A stretch of 64,000 nt of DNA from Cyanobacteria bacterium J06626_4. GTDB taxonomy: Bacteria > Cyanobacteriota > Cyanobacteriia > Phormidesmidales > Phormidesmidaceae. The notes under the pieces were generated by a model. It ran no database searches, was not told where the DNA came from, and was given only the letters and a program-made list of their open reading frames with translations. Shown here in pieces: positions 40,434 through 52,000 of this stretch. Made by a program: the position numbers and the translations under genes. Numbering within the stretch: position 1 is the first letter of the stretch; each line of letters starts with the position of its first letter. Where the stretch lies: NCBI GenBank assembly GCA_038523235.1, contig JBCBJQ010000004.1:85249-149248 (forward strand), read 5' to 3'.

Positions 40434-41525
40434 CTAGGCGGCTGGCTTATGGGCTACCCAATACTTGCTGACAAAATGTACTTCTGTCGCCACATCGATA
40501 AACCCGGCTTGAGTTAGGCGATCGCCCAAATTATCGTAGGTGTAGTCGCGATAGTAAGGCTCGTGGAACAGGGCCGGAAAGTTGATCATCATCGGTTCCA
40601 GCTCCGGCGTATCGATCATTTGGATTGAATCGCAGATGATCAGAGAGCCTCCGGGCTTGGTGACCCGATAGGCCTCGTCAATGATTTGCTGACGCACCGG
40701 CGCTGGTAGCTCATGAAAGAGGAAGACACAGGTCAACGCATCAAAGAAGTTGTCGCGGTAAGGCATATCTTCGGCCTGGCCCTGCACCAGTTGAGGCAGC
40801 GTTCCAGGTGTTTCTGACAATAGCTGGTTGGCTTTGCGCAGATAAGCCGGTGACAGGTCAATACCAAACAGCGAAACCTGAGGAAAGACTTCTCTCAGCA
40901 TCTTGAGAGTGCGAGCGGTACCACAGGCGACATCGAGCACCTTGAGCGGTTCAGTAGGGCGCTCAGGCCGGTCTTGAAGGGTGGTGGCAACGGCTTGCTT
41001 CACTGACAAGGCCTGTCTCAGTGGTGCTAAGATGCGCCGCCGCATGGCATCAGCCGTGCCCCCGAAGAGGATCTCGACCTGCGTGTCGTACAGGTTGGCA
41101 GACAGATCCGTCAAATAGCCGTTGGTTTGATGATGAAAATTGCGGAGATAGTAGCGAGGAAACATCGACGTATCGATGTCTTTGTCAAAGTTGTAGACAT
41201 CATCGGCTTCGACGCGATCCCACATGGCGGGGAGGTCGAGCCAGATAGCGGGGTAATACTGAAAAAAGTCAGCCCAGGGGTTGTCAAATAAAAGACTTGT
41301 GGAATAGACCCCAGCTTCGGCATCTTGCCAATCAATCTCCAGCAAGGCATCACGGCGACGAGTAATTTCTTCTAAAAACTCTGGCGTAATGGAATCGATT
41401 TCAATTTTGATTCCGGGTCTTAGCCACTGGCGGAGCTGCGTTGCGATCGCTTTGTGACCTAAACCAAAATAGTTTTTTCCGTCTTGGAAGGCTTGATAAG
41501 CCAGCTTTGTCAGTGTGTCAGGCAT
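40434..41525 (-). CDS. Class I SAM-dependent methyltransferase
   Basis: YYLRNFHHQTNGYL, LDVACGT and FLFHELP motifs; probable start MPDTLTK at 41525. Confidence 0.88.
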   Translation of the reverse strand: MPDTLTKLAYQAFQDGKNYFGLGHKAIATQLRQWLRPGIKIEIDSITPEFLEEITRRRDALLEIDWQDAEAGVYSTSLLFDNPWADFFQYYPAIWLDLPAMWDRVEADDVYNFDKDIDTSMFPRYYLRNFHHQTNGYLTDLSANLYDTQVEILFGGTADAMRRRILAPLRQALSVKQAVATTLQDRPERPTEPLKVLDVACGTARTLKMLREVFPQVSLFGIDLSPAYLRKANQLLSETPGTLPQLVQGQAEDMPYRDNFFDALTCVFLFHELPAPVRQQIIDEAYRVTKPGGSLIICDSIQMIDTPELEPMMINFPALFHEPYYRDYTYDNLGDRLTQAGFIDVATEVHFVSKYWVAHKPAA

Positions 41526-42096
41526 CAGAATTAACGCGAAGTGAGCATCAGCATGAGGGTTAATATTATGAAGTGTAACGAAAATTGAGAGGCACAACCG
41601 CTGAGCGATTGCCTTTTTGCTGAAAGCGCATCAACCCGTCGCCGCTGCTCGCGTGGTTAGTTTGCAACGTAGCTAAACCAGGGTGATTCAGAGGCGCTTT
41701 ACCGATCACGAGGCAGACTGGGGTTTGATCGCTGTCGCCTGCTGTCACTAAGGGCTTGAGCACTGACTAGGCATCGGCGTGGCCGAGCGAGCGCCCGGCA
41801 ATAGCGCTCAATTATGTTGCGAAATATTTCGGAATGTAAAATACCAAGGGTAGTCCCTTCATCTTTGCCGGTCGAGTGACCGTGGCTGAATGACCGCGTG
41901 ATAGACTGGCCCAGGAACCACTCAAAGGCTGACCAGGTAAGCTATCTGGCTAACTTTGAGTAGGGTTTTTGGGCAAGGGAAATAGTTTTCTCATAATGCT
42001 TGCCTAAACGAGCATTTTATTAAAGGCGCGATCGCGGCTCTGCTGTTTCGGTAGACGGCGAAGGACTTTTTAGGACTGATTGGGAGAAGAACGTTC

Positions 42097-42606
42097 ATGC
42101 GGGATGCCGTCACGACATTGATCCGAAATTACGACTCAACGGGTCGTTATTTAGACCAAAATGCCCTTGATTCTTTGAAGACCTACTTCGATACGGGCAT
42201 GGCTCGCGTCAAGGTGGCAACCATGATCAGCGCTAGCGCCGCTGAAATCGTCAAAGGGGCTGCTAGCCAACTCTTTGAAACGGTGCCTGAGCTGATTCGT
42301 CCTGGGGGCAACGCCTACACCACACGGCGGTATGCGGCCTGCCTGCGGGATATGGACTACTACTTGCGCTATAGCAGCTACGCTTTGGTGGCAGGCGACT
42401 CGAACGTGCTCGATGAGCGCGTGCTGCAAGGGCTACGAGAAACCTACAACTCCCTCGGCGTGCCCATTGCGCCCACCGTCGTCGGCATCCAGATTATGAA
42501 AGAGATGGTCAAGGCCAAGGCATCAGATGCCGGGATTGAAGATGTCAGCTTTGTTGACCAGCCATTTGATCACATGCTGAGAGAACTCAGCGAGGTCAGT
42601 GTTTAG
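42097..42606 (+). CDS. apcF: Allophycocyanin beta-18 subunit
   Basis: MRDAVTTLI start, GGNAYTTRRYAACLRD, 169 aa, stand-alone gene. Confidence 0.93.
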   Translation: MRDAVTTLIRNYDSTGRYLDQNALDSLKTYFDTGMARVKVATMISASAAEIVKGAASQLFETVPELIRPGGNAYTTRRYAACLRDMDYYLRYSSYALVAGDSNVLDERVLQGLRETYNSLGVPIAPTVVGIQIMKEMVKAKASDAGIEDVSFVDQPFDHMLRELSEVSV

Positions 42607-42645
42607 GCTTAAGACTTGATTGTTCCACTTGAGAAACTGGAATCG

Positions 42646-42674
42646 AGGGGTGCCGTCAGGCGCTCCTTTTTTTT
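42646..42674 (+). terminator. Intrinsic terminator after apcF
   Basis: AGGGGTGCC-GTCA-GGCGCTCCT followed by a T-run. Confidence 0.8.
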
Positions 42675-42824
42675 GCTTGATCTGCAGTCCAGTGATCGCG
42701 ATGAGGCCATGGTCGTTCATTCCCGCTGCGAAGGATTGATCAGTCTCTCCATCAGGTGATTTCCGATCAAGAACCGGCTCTGCCCCTGACAATATTGTCT
42801 TTGTCGGAATTCTGCTTGACGGCT

Positions 42825-43937
42825 TCAGATGGAGCGTGGAAAGACAGGTGGCTGCGCGATGACGACTTCACCACGCACGGTTTCTCCCACTTCTAAGCGC
42901 TGTTGAGCATCGGTGCGCGCATAAAGGAGATCCCCCTGCGCGGTTGTCAAGGTATAGCGATATTCGCGACCTAAAAATTGGCGATCGCGCACCACTAACC
43001 CACCGGCTAGATCCGGCTGCAGCGTCAGCTCCTCTTGCCGCACCATCAGTTCACCCTGCTGCAACTCTGACCGCGCATCGCCGATCGGAAACTGCCCCAG
43101 CAGCGTTTGCCATACATCGCGATCCCGCTCCGCCGCAATGAAGTTGGCCTGGGTAACAAAACCCGCCACAAAGCGTGAGCGGGGACGACGGTAGATTTCC
43201 TCCGGCGGGCCGAACTGCTCAATGCGCCCCAGTCGCATCACGGCCAAACTGTCAGAAATCGAGAGCGCCTCTTCTTGATCGTGGGTGACAAAAACGCCAG
43301 AAGCGCCGACGCTTTTAAGAATGTCGCGGACTTCTTGGCGCAGATAGAGACGCACCTGCACGTCGAGGTTGCTGAAGGGTTCGTCCAGCAAAATTAAGGA
43401 AGGTCGCGGCGCGATCGCCCGCGCTAGCGCCACCCGCTGCTGCTGGCCGCCAGACAGTTCGTGAGGAAAGCGCTTGTGAAATCCGGTCAGGCCCACGAGA
43501 GCGATTGCCCGTTCGGCCTCTTCGCGAATTTGTGGGTTGGCTAACTTGCCGCGTCGTGCCAGCGTCTTGAGCCCAAATGAGACGTTGTCGATCACCGTCA
43601 GGTGCGGAAACAGCGCATAGTCTTGAAAGACGACGCCAACATCGCGTCGCTCCGGCGGCAGCCACACCTGCTCACCACATACTGGCCGACCGGCCAGCTC
43701 TACCGTGCCGCTGTGGGGGCGCTCAAACCCGGCAATCAGCCGCAGCAGCGTTGTCTTACCGCAACCGGAGGGGCCTAATAGTCCCAGTAAATCGCCTTTT
43801 TGCAGCGTGAGGCTGACCTGATCAACGGCGGGAGACGGTTGCCCCTCAAATTGTTTGGTCAGTCCATCGAGTTTGAGAATGACCGATGGTTGGGCGGCGA
43901 TCATGGCGGGGCTGACTGTGACCACTATTGCAAACAA
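42825..43937 (-). CDS. ABC transporter ATP-binding subunit (FutC/PotA-like)
   Basis: [31 protein letters not shown] and VTHDQEEA motifs; C-terminal TOBE-like region. Confidence 0.9.
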   Translation of the reverse strand: MFAIVVTVSPAMIAAQPSVILKLDGLTKQFEGQPSPAVDQVSLTLQKGDLLGLLGPSGCGKTTLLRLIAGFERPHSGTVELAGRPVCGEQVWLPPERRDVGVVFQDYALFPHLTVIDNVSFGLKTLARRGKLANPQIREEAERAIALVGLTGFHKRFPHELSGGQQQRVALARAIAPRPSLILLDEPFSNLDVQVRLYLRQEVRDILKSVGASGVFVTHDQEEALSISDSLAVMRLGRIEQFGPPEEIYRRPRSRFVAGFVTQANFIAAERDRDVWQTLLGQFPIGDARSELQQGELMVRQEELTLQPDLAGGLVVRDRQFLGREYRYTLTTAQGDLLYARTDAQQRLEVGETVRGEVVIAQPPVFPRSI

Positions 43938-44243
43938 AATTCAATAACCCATACGATACGGCGATCGCGTCGGGGTTGGCAAAGGAAAGGGGCGAATTAA
44001 GCCTGCTGTGCCAGCTCAAATGTTTTCATCGACAAGACGGCTGCTGTATTTGTCTCCAAAATCTCAGGCCATACTTTGTTGCCCAGCAACTGCAGAAATC
44101 GCAAGGCTCAAGTCTACCTGCTGAACTCCGCACTCCGAATTCTGCTCACCAATTCCAAGCAAATCTAGATGACCTGGGGTGGGGATCAACATCAGCCTAT
44201 AGAATAATCTGGATCTGTATTCCTGCCTTCCCGGAAAAAGCCT

Positions 44244-47200
44244 ATGCCGCGCCGCGACGACCTCCAGAAAATTCTGTTGATTGGCTCTGGCCCGATTGTG
44301 ATTGGCCAAGCCTGCGAATTTGACTATTCCGGCACTCAGGCGTGCAAAGCGCTCCGCGAAGAAGGCTACGAGGTGGTGTTGGTCAACTCCAATCCGGCCA
44401 CGATCATGACCGACCCGGAAACTGCCGATCGCACCTACATTGAGCCACTGACCCCGGAGCTGATTGCCAAAGTGATCGAGCAGGAACGCCCCGACGCCAT
44501 GCTGCCGACCATGGGCGGTCAGACGGCGTTGAACCTGGCCGTCGATCTCGCCAAAAACGGCGTGCTCGATCGCTATGGCGTTGAGCTAATCGGCGCCAAG
44601 CTGGAGGCGATTGAAAAAGCTGAAGATCGCAAGCTGTTCAAAGAAGCGATGGAAGCGATCGGCGTGGCGGTCTGCCCGTCAGGATTAGCCGAAACCCTGG
44701 ACGAGGCGAAAGCCGTCGCCGCTCAAATCAATACCTTTCCCCTAATTATTCGGCCCGCCTTTACGATGGGCGGCGCGGGTGGCGGTATTGCCTATAACCA
44801 AGAAGAGTTTGAGCGCATTGCCCAATCGGGACTTGATGCTAGTCCCGTTTCGCAGATTATTGTGGAGCAGTCACTGCTGGGCTGGAAAGAATTTGAGCTA
44901 GAGGTGATGCGGGATCTGGCGGATAACGTCGTGATCATCTGCTCGATTGAGAACGTCGATCCGATGGGTATTCACACGGGCGACTCGATCACTGTGGCCC
45001 CGGCCCAAACGTTGACTGATAAGGAATATCAGCGGCTCCGCGATGCGTCGATTCGCATCATTCGCGAAATTGGGGTGGAAACCGGCGGTTCTAACATTCA
45101 GTTTGCGGTGAACCCGACCAACGGCGACTTCATTGTGATTGAGATGAATCCGCGGGTGTCTCGCAGTTCGGCCTTGGCGTCTAAAGCGACGGGCTTCCCC
45201 ATCGCGAAATTCGCCGCCAAGCTGGCGATCGGCTATAGCTTGGATGAAATTTCCAACGACATTACCCAAAAAACCCCGGCCAGCTTTGAGCCCACCATCG
45301 ACTACGTGGTGACCAAGGTGCCTCGCTTTGCCTTTGAAAAATTTCCTGGCACTCAGGCGGTGTTAACAACGCAAATGAAGTCAGTGGGTGAGGCGATGGC
45401 GATTGGTCGCACCTTTCAAGAGTCGTTTCAAAAGGCCCTGCGCTCGCTCGAAACGGGACGAGCGGGCTGGGGCTGCGATCGCAAGGAAACCCTACCCAAC
45501 CTGTCAACGCTGCGATCACGGCTGCGCACTCCGAGTCCTGAGCGCATTTTTGCGGTACGCCACGCCATGCAGTTGGGCCTGGAATTAAACGAAATCTATG
45601 GGCTTACGGGCATCGATCCCTGGTTCTTACATCAGCTCGCGGATTTGTTAGCGACCGAAAAATGGCTCAAGCGCACCGCCCTCACGGCCCTCACGGCCCA
45701 TCAGATGTATCGCCTCAAACAGCAGGGCTTTAGCGATCGCCAAATTGCGTTTGCCAAAAATTCGACCGAAAATGCCGTGCGGAGCCTGCGCCACTCTCTC
45801 GATGTGCGGCCGGTCTATAAAACGGTGGATACCTGCGCTGCTGAGTTTGAGGCCTATACGCCCTACTACTATTCCACCTATGAAACCGAAACCGAGGTGA
45901 AGCCCAGTGATCGGCCTAAGGTGATGATTCTCGGGGGCGGCCCGAATCGCATTGGCCAGGGCATCGAGTTTGATTATTGCTGCTGTCACGCCTCCTTTGC
46001 GCTGCAGGCCGATGACTTTGAGACCATCATGGTCAACTCCAATCCGGAGACGGTCTCGACCGACTACGACACCAGCGATCGCCTCTATTTTGAACCCCTG
46101 ACCCGTGAGGACGTGCTGAATATCATTGAGGCCGAGCAGCCAGCGGGCATCATTATTCAGTTTGGCGGTCAGACACCGTTGAAACTGGCCATGCCGCTGC
46201 AGGAATATCTGAATTCGGCAGTCGGCAGTCGGCAGTCGGAAAATCAAAAGTCGGAAAGCCAAGAACCGCCATCCACCCCAGCCACCCAACCACCCAGCCA
46301 CCCTCACACTCAGATCTGGGGCACGTCGCCGGATTCCATCGACATGGCGGAAGACCGCGAACGGTTTGAACAAATTTTGCGGGAGCTAGAGATTGTGCAG
46401 CCCGCCAACGGCATTGCCCGCAGTACCGACGAGGCCCTGCGCGTGGCGCGATATATCGATTATCCCCTGGTGGTGCGGCCGAGCTATGTGCTGGGCGGTC
46501 GCGCGATGGAGATTGTCTATAGCGATCGCGAACTTGAGCACTACATGACCTATGCCATTCAGCTTGAGCCCGAGCGACCCATCCTGATTGACAAATTTTT
46601 GGAAGAGGCCATCGAAGTAGATGTCGATGCGATCGCCGATGCGACCGGTACGGTGGTGATCGGCGGCATTATGGAACATATCGAGCAGGCGGGCATTCAC
46701 TCTGGGGACTCGGCCTGCTCGATTCCCACCATCACGCTGCCTGAAGCCTCGCTTACCACCATTCGCGAGTGGACGGTCAAACTAGCCCGGCGACTCAACG
46801 TGATTGGCCTGATGAACATTCAGTTCGCGGTGAAAGGCGACCAAGTCTACATTTTGGAAGCCAATCCCCGCGCTTCCCGTACCGTCCCCTTTGTCTCTAA
46901 GGCGACGGGTTTACCCCTGGCCAAAATTGCCGTTCAGGTGATGTCAGGCAAAACGCTGGCGGAGCTAGGCGTCATGGAGGAAGTGATTCCCCATTACATT
47001 TCTGTCAAAGAGGCGGTGCTGCCCTTTGATCGCTTTCCCGGCACGGATACGATTTTGGGGCCAGAAATGCGATCGACGGGCGAAGTCATGGGCATCGACA
47101 CCGACTTTGGTAAAGCCTTTGCGAAGGCCGAACTGGGGGCCAGTCAGCGGCTGCCACGGGAAGGCACCGTTTTTATTTCCATGAACGATCGCGACAAAGA

Positions 47201-47558
47201 GGCGGTCGTGCCCGTCGCGCAAGCCCTGGCCGATTTAGGCTTCCAACTGGTCGCCACCAGCGGCACCCAGACTGTCTTACAGGCCCATGGGCTGACGGTC
47301 GAAACGGTGCTCAAAGTTCACGAAGGTCGGCCTCACGTGGTTGACATGCTCAAAAACGGCCAGATTCAGCTGATTATCAACACCCCGATCGGCGACAAAG
47401 CTCAGCAAGACGATCACGAAATTCGGCGCACGGCATTAGCCTACAAAGTGCCGACCTTCACCACGATCGCCGCCGCCCGCGCCAGTGCTGCCGCGATTCG
47501 CACCTTGCAAAAAGAAACCCTGTCGGTCAAAGCCTTGCAGGATTATCTCAGTGCCTAG
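44244..47558 (+). CDS. carB: Carbamoyl-phosphate synthase large subunit
   Basis: [28 protein letters not shown] start, duplicated ATP-grasp domains, MGS domain. Confidence 0.98.
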   Translation: MPRRDDLQKILLIGSGPIVIGQACEFDYSGTQACKALREEGYEVVLVNSNPATIMTDPETADRTYIEPLTPELIAKVIEQERPDAMLPTMGGQTALNLAVDLAKNGVLDRYGVELIGAKLEAIEKAEDRKLFKEAMEAIGVAVCPSGLAETLDEAKAVAAQINTFPLIIRPAFTMGGAGGGIAYNQEEFERIAQSGLDASPVSQIIVEQSLLGWKEFELEVMRDLADNVVIICSIENVDPMGIHTGDSITVAPAQTLTDKEYQRLRDASIRIIREIGVETGGSNIQFAVNPTNGDFIVIEMNPRVSRSSALASKATGFPIAKFAAKLAIGYSLDEISNDITQKTPASFEPTIDYVVTKVPRFAFEKFPGTQAVLTTQMKSVGEAMAIGRTFQESFQKALRSLETGRAGWGCDRKETLPNLSTLRSRLRTPSPERIFAVRHAMQLGLELNEIYGLTGIDPWFLHQLADLLATEKWLKRTALTALTAHQMYRLKQQGFSDRQIAFAKNSTENAVRSLRHSLDVRPVYKTVDTCAAEFEAYTPYYYSTYETETEVKPSDRPKVMILGGGPNRIGQGIEFDYCCCHASFALQADDFETIMVNSNPETVSTDYDTSDRLYFEPLTREDVLNIIEAEQPAGIIIQFGGQTPLKLAMPLQEYLNSAVGSRQSENQKSESQEPPSTPATQPPSHPHTQIWGTSPDSIDMAEDRERFEQILRELEIVQPANGIARSTDEALRVARYIDYPLVVRPSYVLGGRAMEIVYSDRELEHYMTYAIQLEPERPILIDKFLEEAIEVDVDAIADATGTVVIGGIMEHIEQAGIHSGDSACSIPTITLPEASLTTIREWTVKLARRLNVIGLMNIQFAVKGDQVYILEANPRASRTVPFVSKATGLPLAKIAVQVMSGKTLAELGVMEEVIPHYISVKEAVLPFDRFPGTDTILGPEMRSTGEVMGIDTDFGKAFAKAELGASQRLPREGTVFISMNDRDKEAVVPVAQALADLGFQLVATSGTQTVLQAHGLTVETVLKVHEGRPHVVDMLKNGQIQLIINTPIGDKAQQDDHEIRRTALAYKVPTFTTIAAARASAAAIRTLQKETLSVKALQDYLSA
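46215..46304 (+). repeat. Short tandem repeats inside carB
   Basis: (TCGGCAG)x3 followed by about four imperfect CCACCC(A)-based 8-mers. Confidence 0.8.
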
Positions 47559-48010
47559 CATGGCCCTGTTGGTCAGACGGCCTCACCCTTCTCCTGCGGG
47601 CGATCACTGCCAGGACTTCATGGCCCGATCTGGGGCTGTGACTGCGTTCAGCGGGGACTACTAGAAATGAATGTCGAGCTGCTGGTAACGGACGATAAAT
47701 CAGTCTCCTGCCTCCACTGCCTCGACATTTTCTGGCGTGCATTATTTGAACCGGGTATTACGCACACAGCCTTGAATGACAATGTGAGATCGCCGTTGCA
47801 CGACGTCAGAACCAGGTGCCCGCTCCAGGCAGCGGCTCCCAAGCCGTAGCCGCCAGTCTTCCCAAAAACACGCCAAAGCCCTGTGTAGAGAGAGCTGCAG
47901 CGATTGATGTAGCATTAAAACCTGAAATTCGGGCGATAACACCTGAGTTTAACTGAACTTATCCCTATGGCTGCGTTTAAGGGCCTGAGCCAATATAAAA
48001 ATATCCTGTA

Positions 48011-48084
48011 GACTCGCGTGTGCTCCTTGAGCACGAGCCGGGCTGGAACCTCCTTCGGGAAGAGCCAGCTCGGCTTTTTATTTT
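48011..48084 (+). ncRNA. Candidate small RNA (two hairpins plus intrinsic terminator)
   Basis: GTGCTC-CTT-GAGCAC hairpin; AGCCGGGCTGG/CCAGCTCGGCT stem containing a cTTCGg loop; T-tract; AT-rich -10-like sequence just upstream. Confidence 0.45.
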
Positions 48085-48310
48085 AAAGACAATTTCCCCT
48101 CCGCGATCGCGTCACTCCCAATCCTGGGAATTGCCGAGCGTCATCCGCGCTGCGATGCTCTCCATCTCGGTTGTTTGCCGGGTAGTGCTAACCCACTGAC
48201 TGAGCCACGTGACTTTGGCAACGTCGGGGAAACAGGGAAAATCGTCTCATCTAAGTGGTAGCCATCAATCAACATTACTGTAGTGTTGTGGCGGCAGCCC
48301 AGCGCACTAA

Positions 48311-48356
48311 CCGGGTGGGCTTTGGTGCGTCACGCTAGGCGATGACACACCCGACG
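48311..48356. repeat. REP-like palindrome
   Basis: GGTGCGTCA-CGC-TAG-GCG-A-TGACACACC hairpin ending in CCCGACG, like the element at 34234. Confidence 0.45.
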
Positions 48357-48406
48357 ATAATTAGGGCTTTCTACTTATCGGTTCACCGAAAATCAAAAGA
48401 GGGGTA

Positions 48407-48964
48407 GTGAGAATCGTGATCAAAACCTTTGAAGAAGCCCATCAACTAATTTTAGAGCTGCAGATCTGCACCATCTTCCAAAGTTCCAAAACGGAGCTAC
48501 CTTCACTGTGGGAACATCTCGATTTGCCTGAAAAGCAAGAAGGCGAAAAAGGTTGGGGGCAAAAGGTATCCGCCGTCTGGGATTGGAAAAATCGTTTGCC
48601 GGCAGAGTTTCCCGACGAGATTTTCTACGGCAAAATCAAAGGCGGGTTGGCGGTATTAATGACCCTAGACTATCTACGAGACGTTCATTTCAGGTCGTCT
48701 TACAAATGTGTCGATGAACTCCATCCCTTGTCAACTCATATTTTCAAGAAGATTCGAGCAGAGCCCTGGGAAACAACGAGCCTGAGAAAAGAGATGATTC
48801 AAGAATGCGGCTGCTCCAAAAGCCAGTTTGATACGGCATTAAAAAATCTGCAGATTTCGCTGAACATTGCTCGCTCAAACGATCTCGAAATTGAGCGAGA
48901 TACCTGGTTGACCTTTCAAGAGCTGTATCCAGAGATTTGGAATTTGCATGTCTTAGAAGATTGA
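48407..48964 (+). CDS. Hypothetical protein, possibly AlkZ-related winged-helix family
   Basis: PSLW, W.WK.RLP, FYGKI.GG and FDTALKNLQ motifs; GTG start with AGAGGGG SD; appears more AT-rich than its neighbours. Confidence 0.6.
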   Translation: MRIVIKTFEEAHQLILELQICTIFQSSKTELPSLWEHLDLPEKQEGEKGWGQKVSAVWDWKNRLPAEFPDEIFYGKIKGGLAVLMTLDYLRDVHFRSSYKCVDELHPLSTHIFKKIRAEPWETTSLRKEMIQECGCSKSQFDTALKNLQISLNIARSNDLEIERDTWLTFQELYPEIWNLHVLED

Positions 48965-49052
48965 GCTTCCTGTTCAGTAGCCTGCTCAGTTGACTGAGCG
49001 CGGCTGTTGCGCAGACACAGCAGGATGGGCGACCAACGTCTGAGGCTCAAGA

Positions 49053-52000
49053 CTACGAGATCGGCAGCACGATTGCAAACTCCGTCCCGTGACCCAGTGC
49101 CGATTGACAGCTGAGGGTGCCGCCGTGCTGTTCAGTCACGATCTGATAGCTGATCGACAGACCTAATCCCGTACCTTTGCCGATCGCTTTAGTGGTGAAC
49201 AGATGGTCAAAAATCTTGGCTTGGGTGGCGGTGTCCATTCCTTTGCCATTGTCACGAATGCGAATTTCGACGCAGTTATACTCAACAGCCGTCGCGGTCT
49301 CCACAATAATCTGCTGAGGACTGGCTTCTAACGCGTCAAATGAGGTGTGTTGAGCGGCTTCATCAAAGACATCGATCGCATTGGCCAAAATATTTAAGAA
49401 CACCTGGTTGATTTGTCCTGGAAAACACTCGACGTCGGGAATCTCACCATAATTTTTGGTGATTGCGATCGCCGGGCGATCTTCATTGGCTTTGAGCCGG
49501 TACTTCAAAATCAATAACGTGCTATCGATGCCTTCATGCAGGTTGATTTTGACTTTGTGTTCGGCATCACCGCGAGAAAACGTTCGCAAACTGGTGCTGA
49601 TGCCTTTGATCCGGTCGGTAGCCCCTTGCATCGAGTCCAAAAGCTGGGGCAAATCTTCCCGCAAAAACGCCAGGTCAATCTCCTCAGCACTCTCTTGAAT
49701 GGGGGCAACCGCCTGAGGATACTGCTGCTCATAGAGTTTGACGTGTTTTAGCAAATCCTGCGCGTAGTCTTTGGCATTCGTGAGGCTGCCGTTGAGAAAG
49801 CCGACGGGGTTATTGATTTCGTGAGCAATCCCAGCCACCAAGTTGCCCAGTGTGGCCATTTTTTCGTTCTGCACGATCCGAATTTGCGATTGCTGCAGCT
49901 GCCGAGCATATCGCTGAGACTGTTCATACAGGCGGGCATTTTCTAAAGAAATCGCCGCCTGGGCACAAAGTAGGTTCAACACCGTCAAACGCTCTTCTGT
50001 AAAGACCTCACTCGTGTGTTGATTACTCAGATACAGCAGCCCAATCTGCTGCCCTTGATGTTGAATAGGCAGGCAAAGCACGCTTTTAGGCTGGTGCTGA
50101 CGCAGATAATCATCCACAATCGGCAACGTTGTCTGCAGATCGTTAATGACGACCCGCTCTTCACTGTTTTTGACATAGCGAATCAGGCTGAGGGGCAACT
50201 GCGGGTGAGCTTCTAGCGGGTCGCTACGGAGGTCTACCTGCTCGGTCGTCGCCACCACCTTGACCTGCCAATCGCCCTCACTGTTGGGCAAGATCAGCGC
50301 ACAGCGATCGCCGCCCGAACTTTGCAGAATAATCTGCGTAAACTGATGCAGCAGTTCTTCTAAATGAATCGTGCCCGAGAGCGTCTGTGAAGCCTTGAGC
50401 ACCGTAGCAAAGTCAAACGTACTATTGATGTCTGCCGGGTCTGCCAAACCGATAGTACTGGGGGGCGTTTGCGCTGTTAGGGTGGTATCCGTCGAGACCG
50501 CGAGGGGAGCCGTGACAGGCGATCGCGCGCTGGGCGACGACAGCTGAGACCGCAAAAGTTCCGGATAGCGTTGCTCTAAGTCGGCGGTTTTGGCCTGAGC
50601 GCCCCACTGCTCATAGTGCTCATAGGCTGCTTGCAAATAGACAGTGGCGAGCGGTCGTCTGTGCACCTGGAGATAAAACTCGGCAGCCAGTTCATTCGCC
50701 AAGGCCGCCTCTTGCTCATAGCCGTTGGCTTCGGCCCCAGCAATCGCGCGATCATAATAGTCAGCTGCTGCGTAGCGATCGCCCTGGACGCGATGCTGTT
50801 CCGCTAGGAGCAGATCAAGCTTGTGCTGAAAATTGCTGGGAGCCTGGCTGGCCCATCGCTGTAGTTCAGCTAACCCGTGTTGAATTTTGTGCAATAAGGG
50901 AGAGGCCGCGTCGGGCGGTTGTTGCGCATAAACCTGCAGCCGTCCTAACGTCGCGAAAAAGTGAAAGACCGGCACGGAAATCATGCCGGTGGAGGCACTG
51001 AGATACTGTTCTGACCAGTCGATCAGCGCCACGATGTCGTCATATCTGGCAAACAAACAGTGCAGGACAATCTTGTGGAGAGACAGATATTGAACGCCCG
51101 ATAGCACTTGATTGTCGATAAATCGGGCCAAGACCTGCTGCTCGTCAAAGACGCGGCCCTGGAGCAGGCAGGGATCTGGAGAAGGCTCCAGCAGATTTAA
51201 AGCGACTTGGTGAACGAGCTGATTGCAGGCCAGCGATATTTTTTGGTTGAGCTGCTCTAACAGCAAGCCGTAGGCATGGGCACCCTGCCGCAGTTCTACC
51301 AGGTTTAACCCACTGAAATAAGAATATTGCGACCAGTTGTAGGCTGCATAGCCCGCAAATTCCAAATCGCCCTGGTCGATGCCACTTTGACACCCTTCTT
51401 GCAAAACTGGGGGAGCCGCTCGCAGCGGAATTTTGCCATGCATACTAAAAATCGCGGCTTGATTAAACGTCCTGGCTTTGACGTCTTCGGCCTCCAACTT
51501 TTCTACTAACCGAATCGCCAGCTGCCCGAACTCATAGGACGCCCCTAAGTCCTGGGAGACGCTGTTGAGAATGGCCGAATAGTTAGCGTAGCCAAAGGCT
51601 GACTGGGCACAGTTGCCAAACTGAATAGAGAGCTGAATTTGTTGACAGGCAATGAACGGTAGAATCTCTGGCTTCGCAATAAAAGACGGCGCAAAGATGC
51701 TCGATAACAGAATCATTGCCGCCACTTTTTCTCGCTCAGTCATGAGCGGCAAATGGATGAGATCAGCCACCGCTCGCTCAGCCCAAAGCGCTTTGGTATT
51801 GCTCAACTCGGTTTGCAGGTCAGTGGGCGTCGGGGCTTCTGGCAACGGGATGCCCAGCAGGGTTAATGCCGTCAGCGCAATGTCAATCGCCACGGCGGGC
51901 ATGCCCTGGGCCATCTGCGCTTGAATCTGCACGTCGTAAAACTTGACCTGATCTAACACCGTGCGACTCTGGCGCAGTGCGATCGCTGACCAAGCAGCCA

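Noticed and set aside
45648..46373. 241-aa antisense ORF in carB, and similar shadow ORFs such as 959-1468, 16397-16912 and 54823-55383
   Set aside because: They lie antisense to well-conserved genes, as expected from codon bias in GC-rich DNA, and have no motifs
47548..47942. Four overlapping 60-66 aa ORFs downstream of carB
   Set aside because: Mutually overlapping, with no SD and no family motifs
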